Source: an uncultured virus (IMG/VR IMGVR_UViG_3300020049_012467)
Taxonomy: Duplodnaviria > Heunggongvirae > Uroviricota > Caudoviricetes
IMG/VR virus record: IMGVR_UViG_3300020049_012467
Direction: 5' to 3' (one strand)
DNA: 60,980 nt
Position numbers and translations under genes: made by a program. This document shows positions 1 through 9,677 of the stretch, piece by piece. The notes beneath the pieces are model-generated. The model was given only the letters and a program-made list of their open reading frames with translations, had not been told where the DNA came from and did no database searches. The first letter of the stretch is position 1, and each line of letters opens with the position of its first letter.

Positions 1-702
1 GTTAGGCCGCGCGCCGGGATCAATGGAGAAGCCGCCAATGTCAGTGATGTTGGTTGCGTCCAGCGCGTAGCGGCGTCCGTTCTGCAACTGGTATCCCTCA
101 GTCCAGCCCGTCGAGAAGCAAATGCCGCACGGCGTATTTTTTCCGCCGAGAAGCATTGCTGCGGCAGAGCGGTTGAGACGCGCGGCTTCATCGGGAGACT
201 GCATCGCGGCAAAGCTGGCGAGGTATTCGTCGACTTCCTCGCTGCCAAATTCATTGGGGGAGTCAAATTCCCCATCGGCGTCCACGTATGCGTCTTCAAG
301 CGATCCACCGTCATCCGTGAAGCGGTAGACCTTTTCCCCGTATCCTGCATCCTCTTTCGCAGCGCGTTGATCGTCGCGCAGGGAAATAATTCCAAATCTG
401 GTCGACTCGTCTTCCGCCAGATCATCCACGCTTGGCGGATCAGTGTCGGCGTTGTCCTGAATTGTGGACACTGACGTATCGCGCTGATTTTCACCATGGC
501 AGGTGCAGAACATTCCGGCGTTCTGTTTGCGCCACAGCAAAAATTCCACGCCATCCACAGCCAGCGCATTTGCGTGGCGGTCATTTGCGCGATCCACCAA
601 TTCATTGATGGCGTGCTTTGCGCCCTTGGTCAGAGAGCGGTTGTTGGCAGGCGTGGATTTGCGGCCGGAAATAGAACGACGCGAACCAAATCTGGTCTTC
701 AT
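1..702 (-). CDS. Partial ORF running off the left edge; Cys-motif protein, possibly virion neck/head-completion type
   Basis: Not in the ORF track. Read by hand: ATG at 702 with an AGGA RBS, MKTRFGSRRS...FCTCHG...TPCGICFSTGWTEGY..., open to position 1. The function guess rests on the CxC / CxxCxxTG pattern only. Confidence 0.6.
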   Translation of the reverse strand, partial: MKTRFGSRRSISGRKSTPANNRSLTKGAKHAINELVDRANDRHANALAVDGVEFLLWRKQNAGMFCTCHGENQRDTSVSTIQDNADTDPPSVDDLAEDESTRFGIISLRDDQRAAKEDAGYGEKVYRFTDDGGSLEDAYVDADGEFDSPNEFGSEEVDEYLASFAAMQSPDEAARLNRSAAAMLLGGKNTPCGICFSTGWTEGYQLQNGRRYALDATNITDIGGFSIDPGARPN

Positions 703-795
703 TTCAGCGTCCTGATTTATTTTCGCGAGCGTCCGCGAAAGATGGTAAAATATACGCTGTCCTAAATTAGTGGGTATGGTTTCCACGGAGATTGA

Positions 796-1449
796 ATGCC
801 AAGCATGTCCCCGAATGCGCTGACAGTCATGGGAATTGACGTAGGCACCGTCAATTCAGCATTTGGCGTCAGCCGCTACAACCCCGACCACAAATCATGG
901 AAGCTGATTGACGCTGGCATGATTGAGGCGACAATCAACAACCTCAAGTACGACGCTGAAGTGAAGAAGAAAAAAAAGCGCGGCAAGGCGGGGGCTGACG
1001 GAGAGTTTGACACAATCAAGCTCACGTCGTTCCGCAAGCAATTGAAGGCGCTGCTCGCTTGGCTGGACGCCATGCACGAAAAATTCGGCTTTACGGCCAT
1101 CACCATTGAGCGCTTCCAATCGCGCGGCGGCGTGTTCGGCGCCAGCATGGCGGAAATCTGCGCAGTGATTGTGGGGGTGGTAGCTTCGTGGGCTGCGCAA
1201 CACCGCGTGAAAATCATGCTGGTGACTGCGGCGGACTGGAAGAACCGCTTCACACAGGCGCAGAAGATCAAGGACATGAAGGAGTTCTATAAAAAATTCC
1301 GCGCCAAGACGTGCCCGCCTCACATGCTGGACGCCAGCCTGCTTGGAATGTACGGCGGATCGAAAATGTTCAAGCAGGAGCCATTTTCGCCATTCAGGAA
1401 TTTCCACATCGACTGGATGCGGGCGCTGTACGCCAAGCATGGTAAATAA
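796..1449 (+). CDS. RuvC-like Holliday junction resolvase
   Basis: GIDVGTVNSAFG, ITIERF, DWK, HMLDASLLG match the RNase H-fold RuvC motifs; GGAG RBS. Confidence 0.8.
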   Translation: MPSMSPNALTVMGIDVGTVNSAFGVSRYNPDHKSWKLIDAGMIEATINNLKYDAEVKKKKKRGKAGADGEFDTIKLTSFRKQLKALLAWLDAMHEKFGFTAITIERFQSRGGVFGASMAEICAVIVGVVASWAAQHRVKIMLVTAADWKNRFTQAQKIKDMKEFYKKFRAKTCPPHMLDASLLGMYGGSKMFKQEPFSPFRNFHIDWMRALYAKHGK

Positions 1450-1455
1450 TTCCGC

Positions 1456-1908
1456 ATGAAAGTGCAGCGATGCTTCTATTCGAGGATTGAATTTCTGCCG
1501 CGCTGTCCAGTCAGCGAATGCCCTGCATTTGTGCCGGGGTCCAAGACGGGGTGCGCCTATCTGGAAATTCCAGAGGACAAGACGAAAATGTCGAAAGGCG
1601 ACATGAGCCGGTTGTTCGGCGTGTCGCCCGCTACTGCAAACAAGAAATATTCCATCGGCCGTGAAGAAGTTCGGGACATGGCCCGGCTGGTGATGGAATT
1701 CACGTCCAACTCGATACCGGAGACAAACACCTTCAAACTCGAAGGCGCTTTCTTCAGGAAATTTTCAATTCCGGTAAATAGGGCTTCGCTGCGCATCGCC
1801 GCTCGCAACCGCGAAATTCGCCTGATCCTCAAGCGACGAATGAGCAAGACACAGTACATGGCAATTTTCAGGAAAGGAAAGCCACATGAACAACGCAACA
1901 AAGGTTGA
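1456..1908 (+). CDS. Hypothetical protein with N-terminal Cys cluster and HTH-like segment
   Basis: CPVSECP..GC followed by MSKGDMSRLFGVSPATANKKY. Confidence 0.55.
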   Translation: MKVQRCFYSRIEFLPRCPVSECPAFVPGSKTGCAYLEIPEDKTKMSKGDMSRLFGVSPATANKKYSIGREEVRDMARLVMEFTSNSIPETNTFKLEGAFFRKFSIPVNRASLRIAARNREIRLILKRRMSKTQYMAIFRKGKPHEQRNKG

Positions 1909-2707
1909 CGCGGCAGCGCCCACCATCGACGCCAAGCGCCTCGACCGTCTGAGAAAAAATCTGATCGACCCGGCCAAGATTGAACTGCGTGATCTGCAAC
2001 GCATCCTGTCAGCCGATCCCAACACGCCCATCTTTGTCATGAACCGTTCGGACCGCAACCAGAAGCGCCCGCGTGGTCAGGTCCACATCAGCATCAACGA
2101 CAACGGCGAAGTGTCGATGCTGAAAATTCCCAAGACCTTTGTGCCAATCGAAATCACGACGCTGTTCCCGGCTTCGACCATCATGCGTTCGCAAAATTTC
2201 CTGCGCACCGTGGCGGAAGGCAAGGTCACGCTGCACGATCCGAACGAATCGCTTGAGTACCTGTCGAACTCTGAAGCGCAACGCGAGATTGACCGCCTGC
2301 GCAACATTGACGACAAGTACAACGAGGAAATGGACGCCGAAATGGCGAAAATTTCCACGGAAGTCAAACCCAAGGACGCTTCCGGCGACGTGTCTGTGGA
2401 AGTGGCTACGGATGATGAAGCCCCGAGGAAAAAATCGGCGCGTGAAACCAGCCGCATCGTGTCGAAGGATCAGGTGCGTGGCGAGTCGGAAGCCATCGGC
2501 GTTCTCTGGCGCGTCTACAACGTCGTCAACGACCGCGACATTACTGCGGATCGCATGCTCAACGCCCTGCGCAACATCACTGGTGAGAAGTTCCGCATCA
2601 AGGACTTTGACTACATCAAGGAAAAGTGCCGCGAGACGCGTGTCCGCGAATGGGCGCAGATGAACATTGACGAAATCAAGGAAGCGCTCGCCAACAAGGA
2701 AGACTGA
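1886..2707 (+). CDS. Hypothetical protein
   Basis: 273-aa ORF, AGGA RBS, typical codon usage, followed by a terminator. Confidence 0.75.
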   Translation: MNNATKVDAAAPTIDAKRLDRLRKNLIDPAKIELRDLQRILSADPNTPIFVMNRSDRNQKRPRGQVHISINDNGEVSMLKIPKTFVPIEITTLFPASTIMRSQNFLRTVAEGKVTLHDPNESLEYLSNSEAQREIDRLRNIDDKYNEEMDAEMAKISTEVKPKDASGDVSVEVATDDEAPRKKSARETSRIVSKDQVRGESEAIGVLWRVYNVVNDRDITADRMLNALRNITGEKFRIKDFDYIKEKCRETRVREWAQMNIDEIKEALANKED

Positions 2708-2737
2708 TTTTTTCCTGACTTGATTGCACCACGACAG

Positions 2738-2770
2738 AACCCCGGCAGGCTCGCGCTTGCCGGGGTTTTC
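2738..2770 (+). terminator. Intrinsic terminator between convergent genes
   Basis: AACCCCGGCAG-loop-CTTGCCGGGGTTTT hairpin with T tract. Confidence 0.75.
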
Positions 2771-2787
2771 GTTTGCCTGATTGGCGG

Positions 2788-3777
2788 TTACGAGTTGTGG
2801 GTCTGGTAGTAGCGCACAATCTTCCTCATCAGCGGACGTGGAGTCGACGCCGGGTCTTCACCGTCGGGAAGATCAATGGTGGCGTGTGCAGCGCACCACA
2901 ATTTTTCATTCATCAGCTTTACAGCCTTGCGGCCAGCATCGTCACCGTCAAAGCAGTGAACGAACAGGTCCGGTCCGAGTTCTTCCAGATACTCGACTTT
3001 GCGTTCGGAAATATTTGACGCGCCCAGCACTGGAACAGCAAGCCCGCCACACTGGATGATTGATAGCGCATCGCGCGGACCTTCGCACGTGAACAGGACG
3101 GCTTTCTCACCACGTTTCTTGCGTCTGCGGAGTTGACGGTAGCAGTAGTCGAAGAACATCAGATAATATTCCGACCACTTGCCGGACGAGTTGATGTACC
3201 CGAGCCCGCCTTTCACCTTCTGCAAGAAGCAATCGACGTGACCAACACGCTTGTCGTGGTAGGTCACTGGAATCCGCATGAGAGAGCGAGCGCGTTCGTC
3301 CAGAACTAGAAGCCCGCCAACCTTGGAAACAATTTTTCCGTCAATGCCACGCCAGTCAGTGTCGGCAAACCACGGCGTTTCGAGTTCGGCCTCGACATAG
3401 TGTTGCTGCGAGCCGCCGCCCGTCTGCATGCCGAGCGCCGCCAGATGCTCTGCGGAAAAGACTTCGTAGTTTTCGGAAGACAATTTTTCCAGAGAGCGTA
3501 GCTTGAAGAAACGTTTCAAGTCGTTCCAATGTCCGCGAAAGCCGCAAGCGTGACACTTGAAGCTTCCAGCCCATTTGCCACTCGTCTGGATGCGAAGCCC
3601 TGTGCCGGACTGCATGCCACCCTTGTGATCTGGGTTCGGGCAACGGATGAGAATATTTTTGTTGGAGTCGACGTTGGCGAAGCGATCCGGGTGAGCGGAT
3701 AGTTCAGCCAACATCTGTTGAAGCATGGACATTGAGGGTGTCCGAAAACTAGAAGTCGGTAGTGGGTTCCCACTCAT
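2788..3777 (-). CDS. DNA primase (Zn-finger + TOPRIM)
   Basis: CPNPDH...CHAC zinc finger; TOPRIM motifs CEGPRDAL, FDGDDAG, PDGEDPA. Confidence 0.85.
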   Translation of the reverse strand: MSGNPLPTSSFRTPSMSMLQQMLAELSAHPDRFANVDSNKNILIRCPNPDHKGGMQSGTGLRIQTSGKWAGSFKCHACGFRGHWNDLKRFFKLRSLEKLSSENYEVFSAEHLAALGMQTGGGSQQHYVEAELETPWFADTDWRGIDGKIVSKVGGLLVLDERARSLMRIPVTYHDKRVGHVDCFLQKVKGGLGYINSSGKWSEYYLMFFDYCYRQLRRRKKRGEKAVLFTCEGPRDALSIIQCGGLAVPVLGASNISERKVEYLEELGPDLFVHCFDGDDAGRKAVKLMNEKLWCAAHATIDLPDGEDPASTPRPLMRKIVRYYQTHNS

Positions 3778-4039
3778 TGAAAAAATCAGTCAGGAACAAT
3801 GAAGCCTGTTCGATGCCATATTTCGACGCCAACTGCATGTGACGATGCCCTTCGCCAATGCAAAACTCGCTAAACTCGTCGCCTTCAAGTTTGCCGAGTT
3901 GTTCTTCGATTGCTGGAATGTGAGCGTCCCAACGCGTCGGCACGTAGTAGTGCGAGTGTCCTGCCTGCGTGCCGCGATCATGGCTGGTCGTCTCGAACGC
4001 CTCGAATATTCTCGGATAGTTGTCCTTGGTAATCTTCAT
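3749..4039 (-). CDS. Hypothetical protein
   Basis: ORF within the tightly packed - operon (MKITKDNY...). Confidence 0.6.
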   Translation of the reverse strand: MKITKDNYPRIFEAFETTSHDRGTQAGHSHYYVPTRWDAHIPAIEEQLGKLEGDEFSEFCIGEGHRHMQLASKYGIEQASLFLTDFFNEWEPTTDF

Positions 4040-4041
4040 GG

Positions 4042-4335
4042 CTATTTCACACAATGAAAAACGATAGTAACGACGATGGTGGGGTTGTGGTTGGAAGTTA
4101 TTTCCACTTTCACATAGTTGCCGTCAAGCTTGGCCGATACGTCCGAATAGTTCCAGAACTCGTTCATCGGCGGAAGCGACTGTGTCGTCTTGATGGCGAG
4201 GTTTGCCGCTCGCAAATATTTCTCTGCTGGCGGAGGCGTAATCGCCGTATGCTCAACATGCATGGTAAGAATTTCGGCGTTGATCTGGTTGACGATAATG
4301 TCAATCCAAGTCGCCATCAGGTGATGCCAGCGCAT
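4042..4335 (-). CDS. Hypothetical protein
   Basis: Packed ORF whose start overlaps the upstream stop. Confidence 0.55.
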   Translation of the reverse strand: MRWHHLMATWIDIIVNQINAEILTMHVEHTAITPPPAEKYLRAANLAIKTTQSLPPMNEFWNYSDVSAKLDGNYVKVEITSNHNPTIVVTIVFHCVK

Positions 4336-4601
4336 TATTTCCCCTCTACAATCTTGGTTACGTCTACGATCTGCGGCGGGTCAGACTTGACCATTATGCC
4401 GCGCGTCACGATGCGACGCCAACCGTCATCATCCCACTCGTCAATGTCGAACGCGTTTGTACCATTGGCCTTCTCGCGACCGATGCGGACTGCGTATTCC
4501 AAATTCGTCTCGGTGGATATTTCCTCTGCCAAGTCAAGTTCGGCGGAGACTTCCTCGCGAAACGGATGGTTGGTGTAGGTGATGCGGTACTTGTCGCCCA
4601 C
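4335..4601 (-). CDS. Hypothetical protein
   Basis: Packed ORF with GAGG RBS. Confidence 0.6.
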   Translation of the reverse strand: MGDKYRITYTNHPFREEVSAELDLAEEISTETNLEYAVRIGREKANGTNAFDIDEWDDDGWRRIVTRGIMVKSDPPQIVDVTKIVEGK

Positions 4602-4603
4602 GG

Positions 4604-5653
4604 TCAGCCCTCTGACTCAATGATCCTGACTAGGTCTTTAGCCACACGGGCTCGCTTCTTCGTCATGCCGTTGGTGGTCAGATATTTTACAAGCCCTGTG
4701 GTGGGTGAGAACTTCATCACTTCGGCGGGCGCACGTTCTGGCCGCGTCACTTCCAGCTTTTCACCCTTGGCGTTGATGGCTTCGGTGAAGATGACGTTCG
4801 GTCGCTCGATCATGAACTTTGGAGGCGGTTTCACACCACGCGCAAGCTGGAGCTTGTAGAAGTTTGGAATTTTTCCCGGCTTGTACGGTTTGATCGTCGC
4901 CAGATCATCTTCGTTGTTCACGACGACATTGATGAGACGGAACAGTGGAGCCTGCACAATGAGTTCGTGTTCCAGCGTCACGCGGTCACGATTGAGCCGG
5001 GCGCGAAAGTACATCAGGTGCTTTGGCAATTTTTCTCCAAAGTCGACCTGATACGCGGTGCCGGGGTAGATTGCACCCTTGGTTTCCTGCGCTTGGTGAA
5101 TGTGGCCCATGACCCATGGCGAGCGCGAGTTTTCAATCTTGATTTTTTCGTGTGCTGCCTGATGCTCATTGTACATCGTGCCTGCAAGACCAGTGTGGCC
5201 GAAGCCGAGATACGCTGAATCGAGTTCGTAGAACTTGCCGTACGGCATGAACAGGACAGGGAAGCCGTCAATTTTTTCCAGCGTCGGTTCGACATAGACT
5301 TTGACATTGCGCAGGATGCCCGCCTTGGAAATGAAATCGCTGATGACGAGTGCGTGGCGCGAGTGCGTCTGCTTGTCGTGATTGCCGAGGTAGAGCCAGA
5401 ACGTAATGTCGAGGTTTTCGGCAAACAGCTTGAGCAGGCGAGCGACGCTTTCCTGCCGAGGGTTGGACGTGTGGAAAATATCCCCGGTCAGGAAAACGTT
5501 CTTGGTGCCGCGCTTGCGAGCCAGATCGATGGCGCGCTGGATGGATTGCAGTTGCAGCCCGAGCGGATCGGCTACAATGTCTTTGGGAAACCACGCGTTG
5601 AAGCGCTCAAGGTGCGGATCGCCGTGAGCAACGCCATCCAGATATTTTGCCAT
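4604..5653 (-). CDS. Mre11/SbcD-like metallophosphoesterase nuclease subunit
   Basis: GDPH, GDIFH, GNHD, GH and GHIH calcineurin-like motifs. Confidence 0.88.
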   Translation of the reverse strand: MAKYLDGVAHGDPHLERFNAWFPKDIVADPLGLQLQSIQRAIDLARKRGTKNVFLTGDIFHTSNPRQESVARLLKLFAENLDITFWLYLGNHDKQTHSRHALVISDFISKAGILRNVKVYVEPTLEKIDGFPVLFMPYGKFYELDSAYLGFGHTGLAGTMYNEHQAAHEKIKIENSRSPWVMGHIHQAQETKGAIYPGTAYQVDFGEKLPKHLMYFRARLNRDRVTLEHELIVQAPLFRLINVVVNNEDDLATIKPYKPGKIPNFYKLQLARGVKPPPKFMIERPNVIFTEAINAKGEKLEVTRPERAPAEVMKFSPTTGLVKYLTTNGMTKKRARVAKDLVRIIESEG

Positions 5654-6774
5654 TACAGTCCGTCCGACCACTTGCGAACGTTCCAGTTCTTGATTGGCTC
5701 AATCTCGTTGACGTTCTTCTCATATTTTACGGGCACAACGTCATTGCGCGTCACAGGCTGTCCAGCTACCAAGTCTGTCTTTGCGACGTGTTCAGACATT
5801 GAAAACCCGAGGCCAACTGAAGCCGGGCTGCCAACGTAGGTCTTGATGCTTTCTTCCGGCTTGCAGATGCTCGCGTCTGATACGTCGGAGGCAAAGACGT
5901 TTTCGCGCAGATATTTTTTCACGGCGTCGAATGCCTTCGCTATCGGCATGACAATGTCACCGTGGTTCACACTCAACCGGATTTCCCCCAGTTCAAATTC
6001 CCACTCGTAGTAAGTCACGCGCCGCCCAAGAAACCCGGCGTGCTGGCACAACTCTGCAATGGTGAGCGTCTGCGCTTTCACGTGCTGATGGACAAACCCA
6101 AACATGTCGGTCTGCGTCAATTTTTCCACCTGTACTGGCATGTACTGCGGAATGTCGCTGTTCGGCAGCAGAATGACAATCTGATTGCCTTTGGGCCGCG
6201 ACTTGTCCTTGACCACTGACGTATTGTAGTTCAATTCTTCCAGCGTGAGATTTTCGTCGACGAAATCGTTGGGTGAGAATTGGGTGTAGCGACGTAGCAC
6301 TTCGCGGCACTTCCAGATTTCAATCTCGCGATCCGGAGTCCGAGGGTTCATGATGGACTTCAAAATCTGCGGCACAGTCTTCGTGTAATATTTCGCAGCT
6401 TCATCGGACATTTCGGCAGGGATTACGACCGGCCCTCCGACAGCACTTTCCGTCACAGCAACGTTGTCTTCGGTAAAGCCGACAGAATTTTTCGCAGACA
6501 GTGGCATGCGAATGGAATACGGGTATTGCGCTTTCGAGTAGTCGATGACGCCGCCGGGAACGGGTATGACGTGTTCCGACATTTTTTCTTCCTTGGGAGT
6601 TGCGAGCGCCAGAGCTTCGCGATGCGACAGACCAGAGCGCACATACAACTCCGTCAGGCGTTTCACCTGCGAAGGACGTTCACGCGTCGGCGTGGTGTTG
6701 GTTGCATCGGGAGCGCCGTTGCGAAACAACTTGAAGGCGCCGACGTTGTCTTCTTTCGGATCGTAACGCATCAT
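5653..6774 (-). CDS. Hypothetical protein
   Basis: 373-aa ORF overlapping both neighbours. Confidence 0.7.
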   Translation of the reverse strand: MMRYDPKEDNVGAFKLFRNGAPDATNTTPTRERPSQVKRLTELYVRSGLSHREALALATPKEEKMSEHVIPVPGGVIDYSKAQYPYSIRMPLSAKNSVGFTEDNVAVTESAVGGPVVIPAEMSDEAAKYYTKTVPQILKSIMNPRTPDREIEIWKCREVLRRYTQFSPNDFVDENLTLEELNYNTSVVKDKSRPKGNQIVILLPNSDIPQYMPVQVEKLTQTDMFGFVHQHVKAQTLTIAELCQHAGFLGRRVTYYEWEFELGEIRLSVNHGDIVMPIAKAFDAVKKYLRENVFASDVSDASICKPEESIKTYVGSPASVGLGFSMSEHVAKTDLVAGQPVTRNDVVPVKYEKNVNEIEPIKNWNVRKWSDGL

Positions 6775-7088
6775 GCTTCTCCATTGAGCGGCAATGCCGT
6801 TGTGGTGTCGATAAATATTTGTCCGTCCTTGATGTAGACTTTAACGGCGCGACCGTTGATGATGTAGCAGCCATCGCGGTTGTAGCGTTCCTTCGCTACC
6901 CGTGCGAGAAATCTGGAAGTGCTCGTCTTGATTTTTTCCATGACTTCCGGCGTCGCAGGCTCACCAATGAGCGATGAGAGTTGTTCACGCATCCGCGCGC
7001 TCACGACCGTAAGAGGCGCAGTTTCCATGTCCAACCTCGTCGGGTTGTTCTGGATTGCATCGACCAGAGACTTTCGGGAGTCGGCCAT
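6771..7088 (-). CDS. Hypothetical protein
   Basis: MADSRKS... start chosen just after the upstream stop. Confidence 0.6.
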   Translation of the reverse strand: MADSRKSLVDAIQNNPTRLDMETAPLTVVSARMREQLSSLIGEPATPEVMEKIKTSTSRFLARVAKERYNRDGCYIINGRAVKVYIKDGQIFIDTTTALPLNGEA

Positions 7089-7090
7089 AA

Positions 7091-7879
7091 TTATTTCTCT
7101 TCGATCAGAACGAAGCCCTTGGTGAGCATGGCGTTCAGTGTATCCCATCCGACCGACTCAAGCAATCGCGCGCCGTCGGCCTGTGAAAGACGGATTTGCA
7201 GCGCTCCGCTGTTGGTCTTGACGACGGAAACAGAGACGAGTTCTGCGCACATGCTTCGCATCTGGTCGCTGATGAACTTCAATTGCTCATCCTGCAAGTC
7301 AGCAGAAGGTTCACGCAGATAGCGCGCAGTTGCGGAGGCAATTTTTTCTGTTATGCCATCGACCAACTCGCGAATGGCAGGATCGGCCATCGGCGTCTTT
7401 TTCTTCTGCACAACCTTGTCAATCTGAGCAAACTCAAACTTGAACGAGATTTCCAGCTTGTCCTGCAACTCTGACATTTCAACGCCGGGGATGCCAACGT
7501 CTCTGATGTACCAGTTGGGGAAATATTTATCCATCAGCACAACGACCTGACCAGCCGTGTACTCGCCGCCGTTTTCGCGCCTGATGCGCTTCAGTTCTTC
7601 CTTGAACATGACAACGGCATTCTGGAACGCATGATCGTCAGCGTGCAGGATTGGACGAAACGCCTTGGCTTCAAAACCGAGGTTGTCTCCGTCGATTGCG
7701 TCTGGCCGTCTGCGTTGCCAGTCCCACACTGGATCGCCGTCATCGTCAGTGTCGACAATCTGGTACTTTGCAATCGCGCGCCGACCAAAGCCGTTGCTGA
7801 TTTCGAAATATTTCGACCCGCAGTCTCTGTGCGCTCCGTTGTAGTCGAACGCAGAGATTGGTTTCCAGCCTTCACTCAT
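7091..7879 (-). CDS. Hypothetical protein
   Basis: 262-aa packed ORF. Confidence 0.7.
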   Translation of the reverse strand: MSEGWKPISAFDYNGAHRDCGSKYFEISNGFGRRAIAKYQIVDTDDDGDPVWDWQRRRPDAIDGDNLGFEAKAFRPILHADDHAFQNAVVMFKEELKRIRRENGGEYTAGQVVVLMDKYFPNWYIRDVGIPGVEMSELQDKLEISFKFEFAQIDKVVQKKKTPMADPAIRELVDGITEKIASATARYLREPSADLQDEQLKFISDQMRSMCAELVSVSVVKTNSGALQIRLSQADGARLLESVGWDTLNAMLTKGFVLIEEK

Positions 7880-8249
7880 CGTCTTCTTCCTTCACGCGTC
7901 TGCCGTACGCGCTGCCAGTGCGGGAAGGGCGCGCGTTGCGCCTGCTATCCTCGCCGTACGCGTGCAGGATATATTTTTCCGGATCGATGGTGACGAAGAA
8001 CAGCTTGCCGTCGATGCGAATGTCGTTGCCCTTGATGCCAGCCTGATACTGACTCAACGCACGGCGCATGATTTCCTCGACTTCGGCGTCAGTCACGGCG
8101 CGGTCAATGTGCAGGCCAATCATGCGGCGAATGTCGGCGCGAATAATTTCGCGGATTTCGTCTGTCAGCCTTCCAACCACTGCGGACGGCGACATGTTCA
8201 CCCATCCGTACGCTTTCTGCCTGCGAGGTTGCGTGTGAGTTGAAGTCAT
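7872..8249 (-). CDS. Hypothetical protein
   Basis: Packed ORF. Confidence 0.6.
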   Translation of the reverse strand: MTSTHTQPRRQKAYGWVNMSPSAVVGRLTDEIREIIRADIRRMIGLHIDRAVTDAEVEEIMRRALSQYQAGIKGNDIRIDGKLFFVTIDPEKYILHAYGEDSRRNARPSRTGSAYGRRVKEEDDE

Positions 8250-8521
8250 TGAATGCTCTTTCTCTTTGCAAAGACAAACTTGCGTCCAGATTTTTCCAGC
8301 ACGCCAGAGAGGTACTGAAACCGGACAATGGCGCCGACCACATCGTATCGCGTCGTGTAGTGGAGGAACGATACGCTGTTAAGCTGATCGCTCGCTTCCG
8401 CAATCGAGAACCCTGCCGAAGAACCGAATTTTTTCTTCAGTTCAGTTCCGACTGTGCTCAGATATGGATTGATGTAGCGAGCGTCCCGCTTGGACAGCTT
8501 CGCCGGTGTGGGCAATGTCAT
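8246..8521 (-). CDS. Small basic hypothetical protein
   Basis: ATGA overlaps with both neighbours. Confidence 0.6.
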   Translation of the reverse strand: MTLPTPAKLSKRDARYINPYLSTVGTELKKKFGSSAGFSIAEASDQLNSVSFLHYTTRYDVVGAIVRFQYLSGVLEKSGRKFVFAKRKSIQ

Positions 8522-8847
8522 TTTGGCAGACTGTCCACTTCATTGGCGTCTGCGGCCTCAACGGATGCTTGCCACTTCTTGACGTGTGCGCGGTACTCCA
8601 TCGCTTCGGGAGCGTTGAAGATTTTTTTCTCAAGGTTGAAGGGAAGGGATTCGAGAAGATCGATACGCATGTTGCGGACGCGGCGCTTGGCGAGGAACAG
8701 CGCAGTGTCCTCTGCCTTCTTGGCGCGACCGATTGCGTCGTCAGGCGTCAGGCCCCACGTGAACTTTGGGCGCTTGTCCTGTTTGCCGTCGTACGTGACA
8801 AGGAAAAGAAAAATTGCGGGCCGGTTTCGAATGTCCACGTCTGGCAT
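8518..8847 (-). CDS. Hypothetical protein
   Basis: AGGAG RBS before MPDVDIRN; TATGGTAAAA element upstream. Confidence 0.65.
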   Translation of the reverse strand: MPDVDIRNRPAIFLFLVTYDGKQDKRPKFTWGLTPDDAIGRAKKAEDTALFLAKRRVRNMRIDLLESLPFNLEKKIFNAPEAMEYRAHVKKWQASVEAADANEVDSLPK

Positions 8848-8944
8848 GGAAGGCTCCTGACAAAAAGAGTGCGCCGCCAGATGTTTTACCATACTGGCGG
8901 CGCACCCTGTTTTTCGTCAGTTCGAAGCGGCTAGGCCGCGAAGC

Positions 8945-9379
8945 TTACTTGGGGTCTTCGCCCGGATTGCTTCCCGGCGTGGTGATCATGTTGTTGGAAT
9001 TTTCCAACGCCTTGTTCACTTCAGCCTCGACACGCATGCCAATGTCCTTCGGGTCTTTGACGCCGAGTTTTTTCAGCGTGTCCATACCGTTGTTGATGGC
9101 ATACTCCGTCGCGAGACGGATCAGGTCGCTTTTGATCTGCACGGTCACGACGCCGGGCGGAACTTTCGACTTGGCGTAGGCGATGGCGTTTTCCATGATG
9201 GGGTCGAGACGCGCACGCGCATCGTCCACCGTGAAAAATTTGCCGATGAACGTGTTCTTGAGAATCCACGCGGTTGCGGCCATGAGCAGGCCGTTGAGAG
9301 CCCAACCGGCGTATTCCACCAGCGGGTCGATGAGGGGCGAAAGATTGACGGCGTCAGGCGCCATCTGCATAGGCAGCAT
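8945..9379 (-). CDS. Holin-like single-TM membrane protein
   Basis: One N-terminal hydrophobic helix (LVEYAGWALNGLLMAATAWIL) and a helical C-terminus (AIAYA...RVEAEV), reminiscent of LL-H-type holins; AAGGA RBS. Confidence 0.5.
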   Translation of the reverse strand: MLPMQMAPDAVNLSPLIDPLVEYAGWALNGLLMAATAWILKNTFIGKFFTVDDARARLDPIMENAIAYAKSKVPPGVVTVQIKSDLIRLATEYAINNGMDTLKKLGVKDPKDIGMRVEAEVNKALENSNNMITTPGSNPGEDPK

Positions 9380-9491
9380 TTGATGTTCCTTCTTTGGTTG
9401 CAACCACCCAGCGAAGTGCTGATGCGGGGTGAAGCCCAAGATTAGTGAAGGTCACGGATGCTGCGATCAGTATGACTGAGAATAAATATTT

Positions 9492-9668
9492 CTACGAACC
9501 TGTTGATTTCGCTAGGCATTCTTCCTGAACTCGCGCCTTGCGGTCCTTGGCGGCTTGTTCGTCTTCAAGTTCGCAGTCTGGTTCTTCGCACGCCATGCGT
9601 TCGCCACCGCCAGCGCCGCAGTGTTTGCAGTAATACGGCTTGCCGTTGAGCCAAGGTTTGTCAGACAT
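9492..9668 (-). CDS. Small Cys-rich protein (58 aa)
   Basis: Below the track cutoff. AGGAG RBS; MSDKPWLNGKPYYCKHCGAGGGERMACEEPDC... Confidence 0.6.
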   Translation of the reverse strand: MSDKPWLNGKPYYCKHCGAGGGERMACEEPDCELEDEQAAKDRKARVQEECLAKSTGS

Positions 9669-9677
9669 TATTTTCTC